From Gammaproteobacteria bacterium (GTDB lineage: Bacteria; Pseudomonadota; Gammaproteobacteria; Arenicellales; UBA868), in contig CAUZJT010000005.1 of assembly GCA_963580215.1 (NCBI GenBank), forward strand, positions 4,746-68,745: a stretch of DNA of 64,000 nt, in the 5' to 3' direction. Under the pieces are notes generated by a model. That model saw nothing but the letters and a program-made list of their open reading frames with translations, was not told the DNA's origin and made no database searches. Every line of letters begins with the position of its first letter. The stretch's first letter is position 1. This document shows, in pieces, positions 52,658 to 63,919 of this stretch. Both the position numbers and the translations under genes were made by a program.

Positions 52658-53074
52658 TCAGTCGGAGTCATCGGGTTTTTGCTGAAACTCAAGCGCAACC
52701 GAATTGATGCAATAACGCTCCCCGGTTGGTGCTGGTCCATCATTGAATACATGGCCAAGATGGGCATCGCAGCGCCCGCACAGCACTTCGGTACGGAGCA
52801 TACCAAGGCTTGCATCGGTGTGTTGGCCGACATCTGCTTCGGTAGCTGGTTGCCAGAAACTTGGCCAGCCCGAACCCGAGTCGTACTTGTGTCGTGAATC
52901 GAACAGCAGTGCACTACAGCAGACGCAGTGGTACCTGCCTGCCATCTTGCAGTCATTGTACTCACCACTGAAAGGGGGTTCGGTGCCATGGGTACGACAG
53001 ACCTGGTATTGCTGGGCGCTCAGTTGTGCGCGCCATTCATCCTCACTGCGAAGAACTTTTTCTTTCTCACTCAT
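52658..53074 (-). CDS. msrB: Peptide methionine (R)-sulfoxide reductase
   Basis: GTEPPF, CVCC, SGSGWPSF, HLGHVFNDGP and RYCINS. Confidence 0.96.
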   Translation of the reverse strand: MSEKEKVLRSEDEWRAQLSAQQYQVCRTHGTEPPFSGEYNDCKMAGRYHCVCCSALLFDSRHKYDSGSGWPSFWQPATEADVGQHTDASLGMLRTEVLCGRCDAHLGHVFNDGPAPTGERYCINSVALEFQQKPDDSD

Positions 53075-54211
53075 GAACGTGGACCGGGTCTGTAGCCAAT
53101 GATTCAGTTTGCCGTTGCGCTCGTGCGAGTCGGGTCTCATAGGCCTGACGTGCGATATCAATATCGTCAAGAAACCAGGTCAGCTCATCCATATGCAGAG
53201 CCTGGGGTCCGTCGACCAGAGCTTCTTCAGGTTTAGGGTGAAAATCGGCGAGTATCATGTTGGCGCCCGCAACTACACCCTGCGCAGTCGCATGCATGAC
53301 GTCCAGGATACCATCGGGCCCAGCGTTACGACTCCCCACTGAATGTGATGGGTCGATACACACGGGCAAGTGGGTCAGGTGGCGTACCACCGGCACATGG
53401 CCGAAATCGACCAGGTTGCGGTGCGGGTCGCCCATGTTGGTTTTCATGCCGCGCAGACAGAAAATGATATTACGGTTGCCTTCGCTGGCAAGGTATTCAG
53501 CAGCGTTCAGTGATTCGTCAAGAGTGATACCAAAGCCGCGTTTCAGCAGTACCGGTAACTCCTGTTGGCGACCAACTTCTTTGAGTAGTTCAAAGTTTTG
53601 TGTATTTCGGGTGCCGATTTGCAGCATCACCCCGGTCGGGTGACCGGTCTCTTCAAGCGCCTCAAGAATCTCCCGTACGTGTGAGTCGTGAGTTATCTCC
53701 ATGGCGATCACCCGGATACCGTATTTGCCGGCGAGTTCAAATACCCATGGCAGGCAACTGGCGCCATGCCCCTGAAAGGAGTAGGGGTTGGTACGAGGCT
53801 TGTATGCGCCCATGCGGGTACAGACCTGGCCGTTGTCGCGCAGGGCGCGCATCATCGTCTCGACATTGACTGGATCGTCTACCGCACACAGGCCTGCGAA
53901 GACATGCAAAGATTGCTGATCAAAGCGCACGTCCTTATAGGTGAACCCGGAGGCACGCACATCTCCAGCGTGGCGTCCGATCACGCGGTATTCGCGCGAG
54001 ACTCGCACCACTTTCTCAACCCCGGGGAGGCTTTCGATCTCGGCCTGGTCCAAGCCGGCAACATCACCGACTACGTAGATCTCGGTGAGTGTACGGCCAG
54101 CGCCGGTGATGCTGTGGCTATGGGGCGTGATCCCGGATCGGATCGAGAGGTATTCCATGACAGCTTTGCCCTCGACGGTATTAAGCGCGCTGTCCGGATG
54201 CAGGATAACAA

Positions 54212-54215
<4 letters not shown>
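53067..54215 (-). CDS. 3-deoxy-7-phosphoheptulonate (DAHP) synthase, type I-beta with N-terminal regulatory domain
   Basis: AGLCAVD, GAYKPRTNPYSFQG, QIGTRNTQNFELL, LLKRG and DPSH. Confidence 0.85.
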
Positions 54216-55667
<1,452 letters not shown>

Positions 55668-55706
55668 GATGGGGCCTGTCATTGCTCGTTTTACACTAGC
55701 GATTGT

Positions 55707-55871
55707 GGCCGCGAGATGTTCGAGACCTAGTACAAAATGGCGAGTCTGTTGCAGTCGGGGCTTGATCTCTCACCCATCATTACCCACCAGTTTTCGGTGG
55801 ACGATTTTCAGTGCGGCTTCGATACCATGGGGTCTGGTCAGTCCGGCAAAGCGCTCCTGGATCGGCGTTGA
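55707..55871 (+). pseudogene. tdh: 3' remnant of L-threonine 3-dehydrogenase with an in-frame stop
   Basis: Reads [50 protein letters not shown], matching the Tdh C-terminus (GREMFETWYKM...[11 protein letters not shown]...SGQSGKV). The Trp codon is TAG at 55728-30. Confidence 0.9.
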
Positions 55872-55948
55872 GTATGTTGGTCTAAGGTGTGAGTTGCCGG
55901 CCTAGCGCCAAGTTTCACTATTTGATGTCTCAGACTCGCTAACCACTC

Positions 55949-56794
55949 TCAGGTGTTCGAATTCGCCTCGGCCAGTGTGGGAATCAGGTGCACATCGCGT
56001 TGGGGGAAAGGAATCGAAATACCAGCGGTGTCAAGCCATAGTTTGGCATTTTTGTTGAGTTCAAACTTTAAGGTCCAAAAATCTGTACGCTCACTCCAAC
56101 AGCGAAGGCTGAGGTCTACTGACGATTCACCCAGGCCTGTTACTAACACCTGCGGTGCGGGCTCACTCAGCACGCGACTGTCCCGCTTTAGGTGATCAAG
56201 CAGTAACGTCATGGCTTTTTCGACATCGTCCTCGTAGGCGATGCCCACTGGAATATCCATGCGCCGGGTGGGTAGGCGGCTGTAGTTCAGGATCGATGTG
56301 TTCCACAGCGAAGCGTTTGGTACCGAGCGGTACACCCCGTCATAGGTTGTCATATCGGTGGTGAAAAGTCCGATCTCATCGACCGTGCCGGCAATACCAC
56401 CGGCGTCGATGTAATCTCCTACCTTAAAGGGCCGCAGCAGCAGCAGCATGATACCGGCTGCGATGTTCTGTAGTGTGCCCTGTAGGGCAAGGCCAACAGC
56501 GAGGCCCGCTGCGCCCAGCACAGCAATGATTGATGTGGTCTGAACCCCCAGGCGCGCCAGCACGGCCACCAGGGTGATTGCGATAATGGCGTAACGCGCC
56601 AGAGAAGAAAGAAAGGGTTTTAGGGTGGCGTCCATGCGCGGCAGGCGATCGAGTGCGCGCAGGATGAGTCTTTGCACCCGGCCCGCGAGCCACCAACCAA
56701 AAATTAGAATGACCAGCGCGGCTATGAGTCCGAGACCGTACTTCGTCCCAATCTCGATAAGGGTGTGCCATTGCGTTGAGAGTTCTTTGTCCAT
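55949..56794 (-). CDS. mscS: Small-conductance mechanosensitive channel
   Basis: LGAAGLAVGLALQGTLQNIAAG, RPFKVGD and ISIPFPQRDVH. Confidence 0.93.
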   Translation of the reverse strand: MDKELSTQWHTLIEIGTKYGLGLIAALVILIFGWWLAGRVQRLILRALDRLPRMDATLKPFLSSLARYAIIAITLVAVLARLGVQTTSIIAVLGAAGLAVGLALQGTLQNIAAGIMLLLLRPFKVGDYIDAGGIAGTVDEIGLFTTDMTTYDGVYRSVPNASLWNTSILNYSRLPTRRMDIPVGIAYEDDVEKAMTLLLDHLKRDSRVLSEPAPQVLVTGLGESSVDLSLRCWSERTDFWTLKFELNKNAKLWLDTAGISIPFPQRDVHLIPTLAEANSNT

Positions 56795-56962
56795 CGTCCT
56801 AGTGTACCGTCAGACCTTTGCGAGGGAAAGGTGGCGTGAACGCCCTAGCGATAGATCTAATCGCGTGACCCTAGATGTACTGTGATGTAATCTGGCGTTT
56901 TTGGGTATTTAATGGGAGAGCCATTTACTGGTTGCCCAAGACCATATAAAAAGGAGCGTGTG

Positions 56963-57735
56963 ATGGAAGATCGAAATAGGGCTGCGATGGATCGCTGGCG
57001 GGGACAGGTGGCGGTGGTAACGGGCGCATCGAGCGGCATTGGCTGGGTGATTACCCTGGGCTTGTTAAAAGCGGGTATGCGGGTGGCGGTTTGTGCCCGA
57101 CGCCTTGAGGCTATCGGGCCTTGGGGAGGAGGCCGGCATGCCCGATGCTTTTTTGGCATGTCGGGTTGATCTTCGTGTCGCAAGCGAGATTGGGGGGGTT
57201 TTTGATACGGTGCGTAAGCGCTGGCAGGGCGTGCATGTGCTGGTTAATAACGCGGGCCTGGGCTTTGCCGGTGATCTTGCCTCGCAGGACCTTCGCCAGT
57301 GGCGCGAGATGCTTGAGGTTAACGTGCTGGCACTTTGCATCTGCACCCAACAAGCTCTGGCCCAGATGAAAGAACACCATGATGAGAGTCATATCATTCA
57401 TATCGGTTCCATGAGTGGGCACCGGGTATCCCCAGAAACTAACGGGGTCTACGGTGCCACCAAGTTTGCGGTGCGCGCGCTTACCGAGTTGTTACGCCAA
57501 GAGATGCAGGCCGCTAAACGCCCGGTACGGGTGACGACCATCAGTCCGGGCCTGGTCGAGACGGGCTTTGCTTCCAATTACGCAGGCGGTGCCGATGTGG
57601 CAGAAAAAACCTACGCTGCGCTATAAGTGCCTGCAAAGTGAAGACGTCGCCAGCACGGTTCTCTATGCGCTGGCCCAGCCTGATCATGTGCAGATACACG
57701 ATATTCTTCTGCGGCCAAAAGAGCAGGGCAGTTAA
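56963..57735 (+). pseudogene. SDR oxidoreductase (DHRS11-like) broken by two frameshifts
   Basis: Segment 1: VTGASSGIG..CARR. Shift near 57115 to NNAG..YGATK. Shift near 57620 to YKCLQSEDVASTVLYALAQPDHVQIHDILLRP*. RBS AAGGAG. Confidence 0.85.
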
Positions 57736-57781
57736 GGAGTCTGACAGACAACCAGCAACAACAGCACAAAAGGAACATCTG

Positions 57782-58162
57782 ATGAATGAGGTTTTCAAAT
57801 CTATGGATCAGGCACGCTCTTTGCTTTTGCCAAAGTTGGGCTCACTATCGCAAAAGACAGATGAGATGCGATGGCAGGATTGCGGTGCACCCGGTTTCTG
57901 GACCAAGCCCCTTGTCGAGGACGCGGCTGCCGGCGTGCGCACCTGGCTGATGAAGGTAGATGCCGGCGCGTTCTCGGATATGCATGCCCACAGCGAATAC
58001 GAGCAGATCTACGTGCTCACAGGGTCTTTTTACGATCAGGATGGGCGTTACGGTCCGGGGGATTTTATTGTACGGGCGCCCGGCGCTATGCATACTGCCG
58101 GAAGTGATGATGGCGCCACGGTGCTGCTGTTTTACTCTGCGGTGACTGATGAGTCGAGATGA
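57782..58162 (+). CDS. ChrR-like cupin domain protein
   Basis: HAHSEYEQIYVLTGSF and PGAMH cupin motifs; start at ATG 57782. Confidence 0.82.
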   Translation: MNEVFKSMDQARSLLLPKLGSLSQKTDEMRWQDCGAPGFWTKPLVEDAAAGVRTWLMKVDAGAFSDMHAHSEYEQIYVLTGSFYDQDGRYGPGDFIVRAPGAMHTAGSDDGATVLLFYSAVTDESR

Positions 58163-58186
58163 TCATTCACAGCTCGTCTCAGCTTA

Positions 58187-60136
58187 CTAGATACGGTTTG
58201 CCAGGGCTGACGCTTCGCTGATAGCTATCTCCACGGTGCGCGGTGCACGACAATCCCCTATGGAGAAAATGTGTGGGGCATCATCGTCCCAGCCATGGAT
58301 GAGCTCATCGTTAGCGTGGCATCCCGACCAGTCGACAATAAGATGGATACCCTCCCGTTTGCTGAGCCGGTCATCGAAGACGTTGCGCAGTACTACGGTA
58401 TCCGCGTTTACGGATTCAACAACGTGGGCCGCTGTGAACTTGCAATCACGCTCACCAAGGCGTTGATACCAGGCTGCACGGTTAGTCGGGTCAAGATCAG
58501 CGGCAACGGCGATATCTGAGGTCACAATTTCGGTTGCGATGCCCTGATGCAACAGCACTTCGCCTGCGACCAGGCCTGCCTGGCCACGACCCTCGCTAAG
58601 CACCAATGTCTTGGCAGCACTCACCGGTGCGCCGCCCAAAAGCTCATGCGCTGAAATCACCTGCATTGATCCGTCGCCGGCAAAGCTGTGACAGGCATCG
58701 AGTGCGCCGGTGGCAATCACAACCACCTCGGCATCAAGATCAACAATATTCTGCCGGGTCATCGGGCGATTGAGTATCAGGGAAACACCCAGTCTTTCCA
58801 ACTCGTCCAGGCGCCAGTCGATGATGCGAGCCAGCTCCCCGGTAGAAGGCGCACTGGCCCACAGCGCTAGCTGTCCACCAGGCCTGTTGGCTGCGTCGAA
58901 AACCTGCACCGCGTGACCGCGCTCAGCGCAGATGCGCGCGCATTCCAGCCCCGCAGGTCCTGCGCCGATTATGCTCACCTTTTTTGGAGCCTTGGTCGGT
59001 GACAGCGCTACGCCTGGCGTGGCTACAGTCGGGTTTTGAATACAGCGAATGGGTTTGCCGGCATAGCGGTTGGCAATGCAGACATTGGCGCCCACGCAGG
59101 TCCGGATACTGGCCTCAAGCTGGCCGCGGATTTTGGACAGAATCTGCGGGTCACAGATATGCGCGCGAGTCATGCCGACCATATCGGCTTGGCCATGGGC
59201 AATAATGTGTTCCGCATGGGCTGGGTCGACAATTCGGCCTACTGCAAATACCGGCAGGCTCACCACCTCGCGTATTGCGCCGGCAAGATGCACAAAGATG
59301 CCGTGGCGGGTAGGGGTAGGCGCCCAGTGACGGCTACGACCCAGGTGCGTAATATTGGTATGGGCAATGATGTTGAGGTAATCGATCAGACCCGTATCTG
59401 CTATTTTTTTGCAGATGGTTTTCATCTGCTTAAGATCCAGCGCACCGGGCTCAAACTCGTCTCCGGGCAGGCGCACCCCCAGCACATGATCTCGACCCAA
59501 TGCGCCGCGAACGGCCTCCAGCAATTCCATTAAAAAGCGCAGGCGGTTCTTAAGTGCACCACCGTATTTATCTGTGCGGTGGTTGGTTAAAGGTGACAAA
59601 AAAGCCTGGGGTAAAAAGCCGAATGCACCCAGTATCTCCACACCATCCATGCCGCCGGCAGCCGCTCTTTTAGCGCCTTCAGCGTGAGCATCAATGACTT
59701 CGCGAATCTCAGCCAGAGTCATTTCATGGGCAATATTGCCGTTGCTCTCCGAGCGCACGGGTGAGGCCGCCCAACTTTCGAGACCTGGTTGGCTGATCAG
59801 TACGGTGCCCCCACTGTGTGCCAGTTGTGCCAGGATACGGCCCCCTTCTGCGTGAACCGAATCGCTTAATGCGCGGTACCCCGGCACGATATCGTTGTTG
59901 AGGTTCCAAAGTGCATCGGAGTTCATCCCTAAAAGACCGGATTCATGCACCGGAGTGCCACCGGTGATTTGCAGACCCACCCCATTGTGTGCGTAGTTAC
60001 GGTGATAGGCGATGTACTGCTCAGCGGGTTTATTGTCTTTGGCAAAGCCCGGCACATGGGCTGAGACCAGCACGCGGTTGCGTACTTCGATGGGGCCGAT
60101 TTTCAGGGGACTCAGCAGGTGCTTGAAAGCGCTCAT
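58187..60136 (-). CDS. Old-yellow-enzyme / FAD-dependent Fe-S flavoprotein (TMADH/DgcA-like)
   Basis: N-terminal TIM barrel (RNRVLVSAH, SPLTNHRTDKYGG), Fe-S region CVGANVC...C, and IIGAGPAGLE dinucleotide fold. Confidence 0.88.
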   Translation of the reverse strand: MSAFKHLLSPLKIGPIEVRNRVLVSAHVPGFAKDNKPAEQYIAYHRNYAHNGVGLQITGGTPVHESGLLGMNSDALWNLNNDIVPGYRALSDSVHAEGGRILAQLAHSGGTVLISQPGLESWAASPVRSESNGNIAHEMTLAEIREVIDAHAEGAKRAAAGGMDGVEILGAFGFLPQAFLSPLTNHRTDKYGGALKNRLRFLMELLEAVRGALGRDHVLGVRLPGDEFEPGALDLKQMKTICKKIADTGLIDYLNIIAHTNITHLGRSRHWAPTPTRHGIFVHLAGAIREVVSLPVFAVGRIVDPAHAEHIIAHGQADMVGMTRAHICDPQILSKIRGQLEASIRTCVGANVCIANRYAGKPIRCIQNPTVATPGVALSPTKAPKKVSIIGAGPAGLECARICAERGHAVQVFDAANRPGGQLALWASAPSTGELARIIDWRLDELERLGVSLILNRPMTRQNIVDLDAEVVVIATGALDACHSFAGDGSMQVISAHELLGGAPVSAAKTLVLSEGRGQAGLVAGEVLLHQGIATEIVTSDIAVAADLDPTNRAAWYQRLGERDCKFTAAHVVESVNADTVVLRNVFDDRLSKREGIHLIVDWSGCHANDELIHGWDDDAPHIFSIGDCRAPRTVEIAISEASALANRI

Positions 60137-60173
60137 AGGCGAAACCGGGCGGGTGTGTATTGCCCGCTATTAT

Positions 60174-60299
60174 GTGCGCAGGAAATCACAGATTCGAATA
60201 AAGGGTGTGACTGGCGTATAGGGTCTGCTACTGGTGCTTACATGCCGAAGAGGGTCCGAACGAGGTGATGTTTACCTGCTGTGTCATTAACGGTGGCAT
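60174..60299 (+). repeat. Diverged direct repeat, copy 1 (left of the caspase gene)
   Basis: Shares blocks GTGCGC, GGAAATCAC.GA.TCGAAT, TGACTGGCG, TCTGCT, TGCTT, GATGTTTACCTGCT and AACGG.GGCAT, in the same order, with 62255-62384. Confidence 0.8.
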
Positions 60300-60692
60300 C
60301 TGAAAAAAGTCATACGGCAGATGTACCGATAACTATTGATCTAAACTTCGCTTATACCGCAAACCCAGTTGTTTTGTCGATAGAACCGACAATGGTTTTT
60401 TTCTTGGATGTACCATTCATCCACGGCGCACGCTACGCCCTTTAGACCTGCGAACCTGTAACGCCTTGTCGACTGTGCCCACCGATTGGCTGTGCAATGG
60501 CGACAGATACCCCATTTCTAGGACATCTTTTTGTGTTTACTCCCTGCGGGCTGAATATCCCATTAAGTGCATCGCAGCCAGCCTTCTATCAGCAAGGGTC
60601 AGGGAGATAAACTGTGATTGACGGTGTGCGGAATCGGCGTATCATGTTTGACCCTCACAAGGGTGTGGCTGCTCCGCCAAACTGGACTTAAT

Positions 60693-62255
60693 ATGAGAAA
60701 AATCTCGCTGCTTTTACTGTGGTTACTTATCGGCTTAGCGCCTGTCTCAGCCGCGAATCGCGGCCTGACTGTCACAGCGACTGCCGCGAACGGAGAGGCG
60801 ATAGAGCTTTACCAAGGCAGTCATGCATTACTCATTGGGGCAAGTCAGTATCAGGATAATCAGTGGCCTGATCTTGAGAGCATTCCAAGAGAATTGAATC
60901 TTGTGGCCAAAGCGCTTGAGGAACAGGGATTTGTGGTTGAGAAGCATTTTGATCCCGATAGCCGGGAGTTGGAGGATCATTTTAGGAATTTCATTGACCG
61001 CTATGGTTATGACAAGCAAAACCGCCTGTTGTTTTTTTTCGCTGGTCATGGCTACACCCGGGACGATGGAAACAAAGGTTATTTGGTGCCGGTAGATGCA
61101 CCTAGCCCACTAGAGGATGAGAGGGGATTCCAAAGAAAAGCACTGCCTATGAGTCAGGTTCTGGCTTGGGCACGAGATACTGAAGCGAAGCATTCACTAT
61201 TCCTTTTTGACTCTTGTTTTTCTGGAACGGTCTTTAAGAGTCGGGCACTACCGAATCGACCACCCGCGATAGACAGATTAGTCTCGCTGCCGGTTCGCCA
61301 GTTCATTACTGCTGGCTCTGCCGGTGAGACGGTTCCCGCAAAGAGCACCTTCACACCAATGTTTGTAGACGCTATCAAGCATGGCAAGGGTGATTTAAAC
61401 CGCGATGGCTATGTCAGTGGAACAGAGCTTGGTCTGTATTTACAGCAAGAGGTTCCCAATCACGTTAGCCAGACACCACAGTTTGGAAAAATTCAGGAAT
61501 ATGAACTTTCTCGTGGTGACTATATCTTTGTCGTTAACAGCGGTAGTACGCAGGCCGCGCTTGCATCGGTTGACAATACGCAATCAGTCTCCTCGGCGCA
61601 AACAACAAGTGTAGTTTCAACAAATAAATCGACCAATCACAAAGCGCTTGAACTTGAGTTTTGGCAAAGTATAAAAGATAGTGATAGCCCAGAATTGTAC
61701 CGAGCCTATCTGAATCAGTTTCCTGGGGGAACTTATGCTGCAATTGCTAAAGTTAAATTAAAAACACCTAATCAACCGCAACAGGCAGCCTCGCAGGCGT
61801 CCTTGAGCGTCGCAGCTGTTTCGCAAACACAAACAGCTTTGCCTTCAATAAGCAAAGAGGACTCAAGATTTGCCAATATTACTGGTCTATGGGTAGATAA
61901 GTACAAGTGTCATATCTCTATAGAGGTTGATCAGCAAGGCAAGCTAACGGGTGCAGCCTGGGGCAAGCATGGCGGTAGTCAGGTAATTGAGCTTGAACCA
62001 GAAGTCGGTTCAGATAGAGTTTTCTTTTGGAAAGGCCGATCTATGTCCATGTTTGATGCAGATTTAAAGGATCCAAAAAAGGTGGGTAAGTTCATTGTTA
62101 ATCTTTACGATAACTCGAAGTTGCATCTCACTAAATCTATATGTTCGTTGCCGTTTAGCGCGGGCTCGTCAGCGGAATTCCTAAAGAGTAACTCTGGGAG
62201 CGGGACTTATGTTGTTAAGCCGCCGAAGTGGTTTGTTAACCGTTCCAACGGTTAG
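60693..62255 (+). CDS. Putatively secreted caspase-family (peptidase C14) protein with an unknown C-terminal domain
   Basis: Signal-peptide-like N-terminus (MRKISLLLLWLLIGLAPVSA), ALLIG, catalytic FAGHG and FDSCFSG, a helical linker (EFWQSIK...YL..FP.G) and an unrecognised C-terminal region. Confidence 0.85.
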   Translation: MRKISLLLLWLLIGLAPVSAANRGLTVTATAANGEAIELYQGSHALLIGASQYQDNQWPDLESIPRELNLVAKALEEQGFVVEKHFDPDSRELEDHFRNFIDRYGYDKQNRLLFFFAGHGYTRDDGNKGYLVPVDAPSPLEDERGFQRKALPMSQVLAWARDTEAKHSLFLFDSCFSGTVFKSRALPNRPPAIDRLVSLPVRQFITAGSAGETVPAKSTFTPMFVDAIKHGKGDLNRDGYVSGTELGLYLQQEVPNHVSQTPQFGKIQEYELSRGDYIFVVNSGSTQAALASVDNTQSVSSAQTTSVVSTNKSTNHKALELEFWQSIKDSDSPELYRAYLNQFPGGTYAAIAKVKLKTPNQPQQAASQASLSVAAVSQTQTALPSISKEDSRFANITGLWVDKYKCHISIEVDQQGKLTGAAWGKHGGSQVIELEPEVGSDRVFFWKGRSMSMFDADLKDPKKVGKFIVNLYDNSKLHLTKSICSLPFSAGSSAEFLKSNSGSGTYVVKPPKWFVNRSNG

Positions 62256-62384
62256 TGCGCTAAAGGAAATCACCGACTCGAATTAAATTCTTGACTGGCG
62301 GATATAGAATCTGCTGCGCATGCTTGCACACCAGAGAGCCTGAACCTGCGCGATGTTTACCTGCTTTGCCGCCAACGGCGGCAT
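62255..62384 (+). repeat. Diverged direct repeat, copy 2 (right of the caspase gene)
   Basis: Begins at the last base of the caspase stop codon and is collinear with 60174-60299. Confidence 0.8.
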
Positions 62385-62482
62385 GGTTTCACAGCGATTT
62401 GTGGATGGTAGCTTCTCGTGTTATCTGAGAGACACTTTGGTACAAAAAAATGTTACATGAGAGGTAACTGACGATTTAAGTT

Positions 62483-63829
62483 TCAGTTTTCATCATGCAT
62501 CGCACTGCCTGAATTGATATCTTCGATCGCAAAAAATTTTCTTGCCAGATAGAAGATTATCGTAAATACGATGACTGCGACACTCAGATTAACCAGTACC
62601 GTGAGCAGGGCTGTTCCAACGATTAGCGCCATTCCCGAATGACCGACTGGTGGGGGTTGAGTTGGCGACGGTTGCAATAGCTGGCTGATGTAGTGGCGTA
62701 CTGGCATCCAATCGAAAACGTCGTAACCTACCTTAAGTAGAATGCCGGAGAAAACAGCCTGGGGAATCAGGCTAATCAGATCTTGAAACATCAGCATTTC
62801 AATCAGTACGAAGATTCCAACCAGTACACCAGCGAGCCTCATGGTGGCACCTTCGTTTAGTATTAATACCGATCGGATTGTTGCCTGGGCGCCTGGAATT
62901 CCACCGAACACAGACACGGCGGCGTTGGCGATCCCTTGTGCACAAAGTTCTTGATTAGGCTTGGTGGGGTCTTGGCGACCGTGCATTATTTCGACCTTGC
63001 GATCTACAACAAGGGAAGTCAGCAATGTATCCAGATAAGCCAGCATTGCGAGCTGAACAACGAAAGGAGCTGCCAGGATCAGTAGAGTAAGGGACCACTC
63101 GGTCGGCAACTGGCCGACAATCATGCCCTTGATGTCTGTAAGCGACTCAATCGATCCTCCCAGGCTAACGTGCTGCACATCGAGTCCAAACAGGTTCGAT
63201 AGGGTACTGAGGACCACAATGGCTATCAGTGTTGCCGGGAAGAAGGAGTTCAATCGGTCACTGACTTTTCTAAGTAGCAATGGAAGTGTAAAGATCACTG
63301 ATAAGGTGAGCAAAACGATCGCTAAGTTGACAAAGACATTGCCCAGGTAGGCGGCTTTGCCTCCGATACCGAATATAGAGCGGAACTCTCCAACCCAGAT
63401 CAGCAAGGCAATGCCATTCATGAAGCCGCTGATGACGATTTTTGGGATCAGTTTTATAAAACGGCCAAACCGTAACAGGCTGGCTACGATCAGCATGGCA
63501 CCAGTGAGTAATAGAACGAGATTGATAAATCGGTCAGGGTCAACGTCTGGATGGTCTGCCAGTAGCCCACCGCCGACAGCGCTCACCAGTAGGATAGTGA
63601 CAGCAGTCATTGGCGCTGTTGGGCCAGAGCACTGAATGCGGGTACCGCCGAATGCTGCAGTGATCAGCGCGATCACGCCAGCGGACAGAATACCCGCCAA
63701 GGCGCCACGGCCACTTAGAACGCCAAACGCTGCGCCCAGACTTATTGCGACAAAGCTGACAGTAAGCCCGGGGAGTAGTTGTTGTACGAGTTGGCTGTAA
63801 AACGGAGATTGATTTTTGTTATTAGTCAA
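62483..63829 (-). CDS. SulP family inorganic anion transporter (no STAS domain)
   Basis: FGG..IQCSGPTAPM, LAYLDTLLT, NQELCAQGIAN and PGAQATIRSVL. The protein ends shortly after the last TM segment. Confidence 0.88.
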   Translation of the reverse strand: MTNNKNQSPFYSQLVQQLLPGLTVSFVAISLGAAFGVLSGRGALAGILSAGVIALITAAFGGTRIQCSGPTAPMTAVTILLVSAVGGGLLADHPDVDPDRFINLVLLLTGAMLIVASLLRFGRFIKLIPKIVISGFMNGIALLIWVGEFRSIFGIGGKAAYLGNVFVNLAIVLLTLSVIFTLPLLLRKVSDRLNSFFPATLIAIVVLSTLSNLFGLDVQHVSLGGSIESLTDIKGMIVGQLPTEWSLTLLILAAPFVVQLAMLAYLDTLLTSLVVDRKVEIMHGRQDPTKPNQELCAQGIANAAVSVFGGIPGAQATIRSVLILNEGATMRLAGVLVGIFVLIEMLMFQDLISLIPQAVFSGILLKVGYDVFDWMPVRHYISQLLQPSPTQPPPVGHSGMALIVGTALLTVLVNLSVAVIVFTIIFYLARKFFAIEDINSGSAMHDEN

Positions 63830-63919
63830 TTTCCTGGCATCCGGCCGGCATGAAAGACTTTCGCGGATCAGTTGAGATAGTGAATCCGATATTGTGCCAA
63901 GCTACGCTTTACAAGAAAA

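Noticed and set aside
60234-60262. TGCCGAAGAGGGTCCGAAC resembling a tRNA-Leu 3' end (att remnant)
   Set aside because: It needs several gaps and lies inside the longer direct repeat, which explains it better.
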